A stretch of DNA of 64,000 nucleotides. It comes from Candidatus Spongiisociaceae bacterium (GTDB lineage: Bacteria; Actinomycetota; Acidimicrobiia; Spongiisociales; Spongiisociaceae). The stretch's first letter is position 1. Each line of letters starts with the position of its first letter. Where the stretch lies: NCBI GenBank assembly GCA_965262915.1, contig OZ253564.1:512001-576000 (forward strand), written 5' to 3'. Positions 51,890-64,000 of the stretch are shown here, one piece after another. A program made the translations under genes and the position numbers. A model generated the notes under the pieces. It made no database searches, had not been told where the DNA came from, and saw nothing but the letters and a program-made list of their open reading frames with translations.

Positions 51890-52677
51890 ACTGAGTTGCC
51901 TCCCCGGTCGGCGGCTTCGGCGAGTACCAGGGCGTCGAGTGCGGCGAGAATCACCTTGTCGATCAGAGTAGCCGACTCTTCGGGTGTCAAGCGGGTGGAC
52001 GCGTCGTGCGAGCTGGCCACCATGCAGATGGAGCCCGTTCTCAGCCGGAGCATGGACCCGAGGATAAACAGGGTGGAGGTCTCCATCTCCGACGCGAGCG
52101 CCCCGCCCATCCTCCAGGCCGCTCGCTTGCCTCGCAGTTCCTGTGCCACCCCTACCCGGTCCGGATCTCGGTGGGAGTAGAACGAATCCTTGGAATGGAG
52201 TACGCCGACCCGTACCGGCAGGCCCAGTGCCTCGGCCGCCTCCCGCAAGCATGCCGTGATGTCGAGGTCCGCTACGGCCGGGAACTCGATCGGAAGGTAC
52301 GACGTTCCGGTTCCCTCCTCCCGTACCGCGGCCGTTCCGACGATCACCTCGCCCGGTTTCACGTCGGGGGTCATCGACCCGCTGGTCCCGGTTCGTATGA
52401 GGGTCCTGGCGCCGACCTTGGTGAGCTCTTCGACCGCAATGGCCAACGACGGACAGCCGATGCCGGTTGACGTGACGGACACCGGCATGCCCCGGTAGGT
52501 CCCGGTGTAGGTGGTGTATTCGCGATTGGTGGCGATGTGGCGGGCATCGTCGAGAAGCTGTGCAATGCGCTCGGCCCTCTTGGGGTCACCGGGTAGGAGC
52601 ACCTTGTCGGCCACGTCACCCGGAAGGCATCGGATATGGTGCTGGGGTTTGTCGGTGCTCAACGGGTCGAGATTCAT
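51886..52677 (-). CDS. udp: Uridine phosphorylase
   Basis: LLPGDPKRA, NREY, STGIGCPS, EEL, IRTGTSG, DSFY, EME. Confidence 0.88.
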   Translation of the reverse strand: MNLDPLSTDKPQHHIRCLPGDVADKVLLPGDPKRAERIAQLLDDARHIATNREYTTYTGTYRGMPVSVTSTGIGCPSLAIAVEELTKVGARTLIRTGTSGSMTPDVKPGEVIVGTAAVREEGTGTSYLPIEFPAVADLDITACLREAAEALGLPVRVGVLHSKDSFYSHRDPDRVGVAQELRGKRAAWRMGGALASEMETSTLFILGSMLRLRTGSICMVASSHDASTRLTPEESATLIDKVILAALDALVLAEAADRGGNSV

Positions 52678-53480
52678 GGAGTTGGACCTCCTGCGGATCT
52701 GAGATGTTCCTCCAGTTCATCCACGCTGTGGATGGGAGGATCGAGCCCGAGCCCCTGCGAGACCTGATGCATCGTGGAGGGTTCGACACCGGCCTCCGCC
52801 AACCGGGGATCGCCGAGGACCGACATCGGATCGCCTTCGAGATGGATGTCGCCCTCCCGGAGCACCAGAACGCGATCGGCGCAGTCGAAGGCCAGGTCCA
52901 CGTCATGGGTGACCACCACGCAGCCATGGCCACGGCGCTGCGTGTCCGTGATGAGGTCGACGAGAATGCGGGTCCCCTCGGCGTCCTGCCCGCCGGTAGG
53001 TTCGTCGAGCACGAGAATCGGACTACCCATAGCGACGACCGACGCGATTGCGACTCGCTTGCGCCACGAGAGGGAAAGATCGTACGGGTTTGAATCGGCG
53101 ACCGACTCGAGGCCGAGCAGCGCCATCGCTCGTTCGAGCCGTGCGGTCGTGTCCTCGGACCCGGAGCCGTGCTCGGCCCCGAAAGACACCTCGTCGGCGA
53201 CCCGGTCGCGGAACAGCTGCGTGTCGGGGTTCTGGAACACGAGCCCGACAGTGCCTGACAATTTAGCGGTCCTCACTTTTCTCGTATCGGTACCGGCAAC
53301 CGTAACGGTCCCCGTACTGGGCTTTATCAGCCCGTTGAGCAGACGGAGCATGGTCGACTTGCCGGCGCCGTTGTGGCCGAGAACGAAGAGAGCCTCACCT
53401 GTGGATATGTCGAGGTTGACCTTCCGGATCGCCTCAACCCCCTTGGGGTATGTGTAACTCACGTCACGGAGCTGTATCAC
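52674..53480 (-). CDS. ecfA: ECF transporter ATPase
   Basis: GHNGAGKST, VFQNPD.QLF, LDEPT, VTHD. Confidence 0.88.
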   Translation of the reverse strand: MIQLRDVSYTYPKGVEAIRKVNLDISTGEALFVLGHNGAGKSTMLRLLNGLIKPSTGTVTVAGTDTRKVRTAKLSGTVGLVFQNPDTQLFRDRVADEVSFGAEHGSGSEDTTARLERAMALLGLESVADSNPYDLSLSWRKRVAIASVVAMGSPILVLDEPTGGQDAEGTRILVDLITDTQRRGHGCVVVTHDVDLAFDCADRVLVLREGDIHLEGDPMSVLGDPRLAEAGVEPSTMHQVSQGLGLDPPIHSVDELEEHLRSAGGPTP

Positions 53481-53484
53481 TGGC

Positions 53485-54380
53485 TCAGGCCCCGGACCGA
53501 GCCAGTGCTTGCAGCGAAGCCACCAGCTGATCGGTCCCCAGAGGCGCAGTGCGGCTCGGTACGATTCCTCTCTCGCGTAGCTCTGCCCAGATCGCAACGT
53601 ATCGGGGAAGCATGATCATGTCGGCAAGGGGCCCTAGGTCGGCCAGCAGTGACGCCGGCTCCCCGTCAGCTATGACGCGCCCGCCGTCCAGGATGACCAG
53701 CCGATCGGTAATCCCGAGCCAGTGACTCAGGTCTTGAGCTACCACCAGTACCGTCGTGTGCCCTTGCCGGAGTGTCTTCACCATGGAGACCACTTCCGCC
53801 GTACCGGTGGGATCGAGTTGTGAGGTCGGGTCGTCGAGAATCAGGATGGGTTTCCTCTGGGCCAAGGCGCAAGCTATCGCGAGGCGCTGCGATTGGCCGC
53901 CCGATAGGCGGCGGGGATGATGGCCGGCCATTTCGGCCAGTCCGACACTCTCCAATGCTCCAAGAACCCTTGCCACGATCTCCTCACGTGGCAGACCCTC
54001 GTTTTCCAATGCGTAGGCCGTCTCGTCGAATGCCGTCCTCGTAGCGGCGGTCAACTGATCGAACGGGTTGTCGAACACCATGCCGATGGACTCGGTGATC
54101 GCGTTCAGTGGGGCGGACTCAACATCGTGTCCGAGCACCTGGGCCGCACCCTCGATCTTGCCATGCAGAATTCGCGGAACGAATCCGGCCACAACGCGCG
54201 CCAGCGTTGACTTGCCGCTTTCGGAAGGCCCGGTGATGAGGGTGAGTTGATCGCCATACAGCTCCAGGCTCAGACGGGTCAGCGACGGCGTGGAGGCAGT
54301 GTCGTAGGTGACGCTGAACTCGTTGAAGGTGGCAAAAGCGGCGGTCTCCGACCCTTTGGAGCCAGACGAGTTGGCGCCGC

Positions 54381-54387
<7 letters not shown>
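53485..54387 (-). CDS. ecfA: ECF transporter ATPase
   Basis: GPSESGKST, LSGGQ, LDDPTSQLD. Confidence 0.88.
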
Positions 54388-57651
<3,264 letters not shown>

Positions 57652-58261
57652 ATATATTCATGTGTTCTTGTGGTGTCTATTCACAGTTTCTATGGTCTGG
57701 CCAGTCTCTAATTGCTGGAACACCGGCAGCCCACCTCAGTTGTCTAGGAAGCCTTGCAATTGTAGACGTTTCTTACGCCTAGAGATCGTTCCCAGCGTTG
57801 CCGATGCGCATGTGGTTCGTCGTTGCGATGGTTGCCATCAAGCGAAGCGCTTCCTCGCAGTAGCGATCGGGATGGACTTCCACCCGGTCATCGCCGGTTG
57901 CGCCATCCACACCACACCTGGTTGAAGCATGTGACCGCGCCGGCTGGTTCTAACCATGTTGACCTATTCGATCCGGATGCTCGTTGTACAGGTGGAGAAC
58001 GAGTTGGTCGAGGTCGTCGCTGCGACTGCCGCCTAGGAGAATGCTGAAAAACGGGGTAGCGGTCGGCCTTCCGTCGGCTGACCAGGTAGTTTGCTATCGG
58101 CCCTCGGGCCAACAGGGGGTTTCTCAGCACTCTTCCAGCAGACCACGGTGTCCACCTGCTAGCTGTACTCCCAGGCTCTCGGCGGATGTGTGACATCGTC
58201 CTGCGGGCTGGTTCTCCCGCCCCCGGGGGGAACCAGGTAGCGACGGTGACCTGACCAGTGG

Positions 58262-58588
58262 TCACCGATCACCTGCTACTGACCATGGGTGGTTCAAGGC
58301 CTTCTCCAGGTTGGAGAGGTACTCGGCGAAGGCGCGACGGCCCTCCGGTGTCGCCCTGATCCAGGTGCGCGGTTTGGAGTCACGGAACTCCTTGGTGATG
58401 GCCAGGTAACCGGCGCCTTCCAGCTTCCGCAGATGGGTGGTCAGGTTGCCTCCCGTCAGGTCCAGCGTCTTCTGGATGAAACCGTAGGCGAGCCGATCCG
58501 TGTCTGGTTGGAGGACCAGCATGGACATTATCCGCAGCCGGGTGGACTGATGGATGGTCTCGTCGAGGACGATGGTCTCTTCTGTCAC
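58262..58588 (-). CDS. Winged-helix transcriptional regulator
   Basis: LDETIHQSTRLRIM..LTGGNLTTHLRKLE.AGY..KPRT. Confidence 0.85.
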   Translation of the reverse strand: MTEETIVLDETIHQSTRLRIMSMLVLQPDTDRLAYGFIQKTLDLTGGNLTTHLRKLEGAGYLAITKEFRDSKPRTWIRATPEGRRAFAEYLSNLEKALNHPWSVAGDR

Positions 58589-59220
58589 GCCATGTCGTTC
58601 TTGCGGATCCACGCCCAACCGAGCCCCGCCACGACCAGCGTCGCGACCCCCGACACGGCTGGTGCAGCATCGCCGGCGAGGTAACTGGGAAGGTAGAAGG
58701 AAGCTGCGATTCCTAGACCCACCACTGCCAAGGCCGGACGGAACATTATGCCGAACAAGACGTATCCAAGCCCCACGATGCCGACCACGACGTAGGGTAT
58801 CTTGGCGGCGAGTTCGGCGTTCCACATTCCCGCTGCGCCCGGGACGAGGAACGCCGTGGTTATCACCGCCAGCCAGAAGAGAAACACCCGGATCCCGGCG
58901 CTGCGCGCGTCGACCCCAACGGCGATCCTCCCGGTTGCGCGGTGTCCGATGATGGCGCTGCCCACCATCCCTCCGACACCGAGTGCTATCCAGAGCGGCA
59001 GGGGAATCCAGGGCCGGCGCGCCAGGAGATCGGTAGCCAACGTCTGCGATGCGTACTGCCAGAAGTATCCGAGGGAGACTATGGCGCCCCAGAGGAGCAG
59101 GATCGTCTCCATTCCGGCGGCGTACATCGAACTCCGCGATCGGTCCAACGTCTCGTGGATCGTGCCCCAACTCTCTTCCGGCGTAAGTGCCGCCGTACCT
59201 CCGTCAGATCTCCCCATCAT
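58585..59220 (-). CDS. Multi-pass membrane protein
   Basis: About six hydrophobic helices; GTGA overlap with the regulator. Confidence 0.75.
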   Translation of the reverse strand: MMGRSDGGTAALTPEESWGTIHETLDRSRSSMYAAGMETILLLWGAIVSLGYFWQYASQTLATDLLARRPWIPLPLWIALGVGGMVGSAIIGHRATGRIAVGVDARSAGIRVFLFWLAVITTAFLVPGAAGMWNAELAAKIPYVVVGIVGLGYVLFGIMFRPALAVVGLGIAASFYLPSYLAGDAAPAVSGVATLVVAGLGWAWIRKNDMA

Positions 59221-59375
59221 CCGCCTCCCTTTCCAATCGGGCGGGCCCTGCCTCGCCTCGCTTTGGTTTGTGTCGCAAACCACTTTAGGAGAGGTCGGTT
59301 TGCAATGCAAACGAGTTTGCAGAATTCACAGAGGGTTGTTCAACTGCCACCTGCGCGAACAAGAAGGAACATCAT

Positions 59376-59571
59376 CCGACTACCGACTACCGACTACCGA
59401 CTACCGACTACCGACTACCGACTACCGACTACCGACTACCGACTACCGACTACCGACTACCGACTACCGACTACCGACTACCGACTACCGACTACCGACT
59501 ACCGACTACCGACTACCGACTACCGACTACCGACTACCGACTACCGACTACCGACTACCGACTACCGACTA
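59376..59571. repeat. (CCGACTA)28 perfect heptamer tandem repeat
   Basis: 196 bp = 28 units read directly. Confidence 0.95.
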
Positions 59572-60689
59572 CCTAAGACTTCCGTCATCCGCCTGGCCAC
59601 CACGTCGGCGTCGCCCGGCAGCATCGTCATCGGGTCGATCACGATGGCTTCTCCGTCGGCCCGCATCGCGATCGAGGGTTCCCCGGCCAGGAGTTGGTCG
59701 ATGATCGATGCGGCCGGCGGTGTCTTGGCGGGATCGAACGTGACGTATCCGCGAGCGACCGCGGCGGGTGCAGCCGCGTGACCCTTGGAGCCCACCTCGG
59801 CCTGTACCCCGTCGATCGTGTTGAGGACGGCGGCGATTGCCTCCAGGTCCTTCCTCCAGCGCGCCAATTCCTCTTCCTCGTCCGCGGCGAGGAACAACTC
59901 GACGGCGGCCAGCAGACCTACGATCTCCTCCTTGCCCACCTTCATGCCACGGCCGATAGCAGTGAAGGGGTTGGCGTTCAGCCGGACCGCCTCCACCAGG
60001 TCGGCCTGCCCGAGGACCAAGCCGGTGCTCTGCGGTCCTCTGATCGCCTTACCGCCACTGAAGACAACCGCGGAAGCCCCCAACTCGAGAAGGGATCTCA
60101 GGTTGGACCGGGGCGGAAGTTGGGCAGCGGCGTCGACGATAAGCGGTACGCCGCGCTCCGAAGCGGCGGAAGCCAACTCGGCCAGGTCCTGCTCGGACTG
60201 CAGGCCGTAGAACAACACTACGGCCGCGGCGCGCGGCCCTATCGCAGCAACCATATCGGCGGTGCTCACGTCTGTCCGGCTACCGACCTTGATCAGCTTC
60301 CCGCCCACTGACTCGATGCCCTGATGGACGAACACATGGGGGTCTATGAGACTGATCACGAACTCATCGGGAAACGCCTCGGTATGCGGCAGGCTTGCGA
60401 TCCTCTCCGGGTCTCCTTTCGTCATGCAGGCCGCCGCGCACATCGCCACGCCACTGGAGGCACCGCACGAGATGAAGGCGGCTTCGACACCGATCATCTC
60501 GGCCAGCTTCTCGCCTGCCTTCCGGTGCAAAGCGTTCAGGTCGATGAACGATCGGGCTGCGGCGGCCATCGCTGCGACCACCTTTTTCGGCATAACGCTG
60601 CCCCCCAGCGTGGTGGAGTTTCCTGACGCGTTTAAGAACGGTCGCAGACCAAGGAGTCTCCGGTAAGGATCGTCGTCGCATCTGCCCAT
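59562..60689 (-). CDS. SelA-like PLP-dependent enzyme (DgaE-like)
   Basis: NASG..T.LGGS, VDAAAQ, FSGGK..GPQ, IGRGMKVGKEEI. Confidence 0.88.
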   Translation of the reverse strand: MGRCDDDPYRRLLGLRPFLNASGNSTTLGGSVMPKKVVAAMAAAARSFIDLNALHRKAGEKLAEMIGVEAAFISCGASSGVAMCAAACMTKGDPERIASLPHTEAFPDEFVISLIDPHVFVHQGIESVGGKLIKVGSRTDVSTADMVAAIGPRAAAVVLFYGLQSEQDLAELASAASERGVPLIVDAAAQLPPRSNLRSLLELGASAVVFSGGKAIRGPQSTGLVLGQADLVEAVRLNANPFTAIGRGMKVGKEEIVGLLAAVELFLAADEEEELARWRKDLEAIAAVLNTIDGVQAEVGSKGHAAAPAAVARGYVTFDPAKTPPAASIIDQLLAGEPSIAMRADGEAIVIDPMTMLPGDADVVARRMTEVLGSR

Positions 60690-60959
60690 GGTCGTCCCCT
60701 CCGTCTACCCGGATCTCACCATACCGAGATCGACAGTTCCGCTCCGGACGGGGCCGCATGGATACACAAAAGCCGCAATATCGGTTGACGGTCCTTTTCG
60801 CTTGCTCCTAGAGTCAGAAGAGAGCAGTGCCCGGTCGTTTAAGGGAGGAATCGAGGAAACTCACGTCGAGCCCACTTCAGTCGTCTACGGCCGTGGCCCG
60901 GGCACGCCGAGCATCAGCCGCGGTGGGTAGGTCGATTGGGGAATCCCGGAGGAGAATCC

Positions 60960-62738
<1,779 letters not shown>

Positions 62739-62747
62739 CAGGCGGTA

Positions 62748-62910
62748 GTGGTCTGCCTGCAAAACAACTTGGCGTGCCCTGCTTGCCAGCGGCGCCCCTC
62801 GCTGCGTTCCGTCTCCTCGACGTACCGCTGTGGGTACGCCTTCGTCGGCGGGCCTTGCGAGGAACGTCGCTGCCGGCGCATACCACGGCACTGTTTCGCA
62901 GACAGACCAC
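62748..62910. repeat. 163-bp MITE/REP-like element, copy 3
   Basis: GTGGTCTGCCTG..CAGACAGACCAC, homologous to 55188-55350. Confidence 0.85.
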
Positions 62911-63113
62911 CGTCGAACTTGTCCGCCGCTCGTCGACCAGTGATCGTGTCGTCGAGCGGCAGACCGCGGGTGTCTTGGTCCACCGCTTGCCGGTGGCGTT
63001 TACACGAACCCTGACCGTGTCGATCGGTTGGGCGAGGGAATTGCCAGTGCCTCGTATCCCGCTCCTGCGAGTGGAACCATGCGGGCAGCATGCAGCCTGA
63101 TTGTGGTTGAGGC

Positions 63114-64000
63114 GTGGGCTCCTACATAGTCCGCCGGCTGGCGTGGGCGGTCGTGGTCACGGTCGGGGTGACCACGCTCGTCTTCTTCCTGATCCGGGCC
63201 ATCGGTGGTGACCCGGCCCTGATCAGGTACGGCGAGATGGCCCGGGAACATCCGGAGCTGGCAGACGAGTTCCGGCGCCAACACGGGCTGGACAAGCCCT
63301 TGGTCGAGCAGTACTGGGTGTTCGTGACCAGCGCGGTCAAGGGTGACCTGGGTAACTCGCTCTACTCCGGCCAGCCCGCCTTCGAGATCCTCAGACGGGG
63401 TCTCCGAGTGACAGTCCCGCTGGCCATCATGTCATTGGCGTTCTCCGTCTTGATTGGGATGTCGCTGGGCATGACCGGCGCCTTCAACCATCGAACCTGG
63501 CTCGACGGTGTCTCCTCGGTCGCCTCGTTGGTGGGCGTTGCCCTGCCCAGCTTCTACCTGGCCATGTTGCTCCTGCTGACGGGGGGACTCTGGCTCGGCT
63601 GGTTTCCGATCATCGGCAGCCTGGGAATAGACCCGCTCGGCGATCCGCTGGGAACCGCCCACAGCCTGTTCCTTCCTTCCCTGGCGGTGGCCATGTACAG
63701 CGCGGCAGCCGTCAGCCGCCTGCTCCGGTCCAGCACGCTGGAGGAACTCCGGAGGCCCTACGTGCTGGTAGCCCGCGCCAAGGGTCTTCCGTCCAGCGTG
63801 GTCAACACCCGCCACGCGTTGCGAAACGCCCTCATCCCCACCGTCACCATCATCGGTCTCCATGTAGCGGACCTGATCTCGGGTCTGATATTCGTGGAGG
63901 TGGTTTTCACCCTGCCGGGCGTGGGACGGCTGTTCCTCGAAGCCGTGTCGTCGCGCGACTACATCGTGATCCAGGCGGCGGTTTTCTTCTTCGCTATCTC
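63114..64000 (+). CDS. ABC transporter permease (DppB/OppB-like), runs off the window
   Basis: YIVRRL..GDPA, GLDKPL..QY, GDLG.S, YVLVARAKGL, HALRNALIP, VEVVFTLPG.G. Confidence 0.9.
   Translation, partial: MGSYIVRRLAWAVVVTVGVTTLVFFLIRAIGGDPALIRYGEMAREHPELADEFRRQHGLDKPLVEQYWVFVTSAVKGDLGNSLYSGQPAFEILRRGLRVTVPLAIMSLAFSVLIGMSLGMTGAFNHRTWLDGVSSVASLVGVALPSFYLAMLLLLTGGLWLGWFPIIGSLGIDPLGDPLGTAHSLFLPSLAVAMYSAAAVSRLLRSSTLEELRRPYVLVARAKGLPSSVVNTRHALRNALIPTVTIIGLHVADLISGLIFVEVVFTLPGVGRLFLEAVSSRDYIVIQAAVFFFAI

Noticed and set aside
57652-58260. Possible riboswitch or small gene upstream of the ECF operon
   Set aside because: No aptamer consensus or convincing ORF recognisable by eye; needs an Rfam search
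59376-59571. Possible CRISPR array, or LPTTDYR repeat proteins (ORFs 58802-59704, 58942-59781)
   Set aside because: No spacers; the ORFs are antisense read-throughs of a microsatellite overlapping real minus-strand genes

Overview
High-GC, probably actinobacterial (Acidimicrobiia-like; inference) DNA in two parts. Bases 1-39223 look like the distal end of an integrated mobile island, closed by a 3'-half tRNA-Ile(GAT) att-like fragment. The island carries a DnaG-type primase, an Eco57I-like MTase/GIY-YIG-helicase restriction locus, a 1366-aa nuclease-NTPase, and a decayed tyrosine recombinase with three lox-like sites. Those sites bracket a HigBA-like TA pair and a Dcm/MORC/methyltransferase module. 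It also has MNT-HEPN TA genes, a tightly coupled four-gene putative defence operon and many nested IS elements (IS30, IS3, ISL3, IS110, IS21). Bases ~39.3-64 kb are ordinary host metabolic and transport genes with TA pairs, one IS30, a 163-bp MITE-like repeat and a (CCGACTA)28 microsatellite. Three findings stand out. (1) A gene with a RAMP/Cas7-like glycine-rich C-terminal loop originally lay 13 nt upstream of a perfect (GGC-NN)x10 array, a candidate RNA-guided system with a non-contiguous guide; the two are now separated by an ISL3. (2) Both terminal inverted repeats of that ISL3 are hit by the same IS110, whose leader reads as a bridge RNA with guides matching the ISL3 end and its own circle junction. 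(3) A tyrosine recombinase sits next to a cassette array delimited by 13-7-13 sites. All family assignments come from motif recognition by eye; no searches were run.
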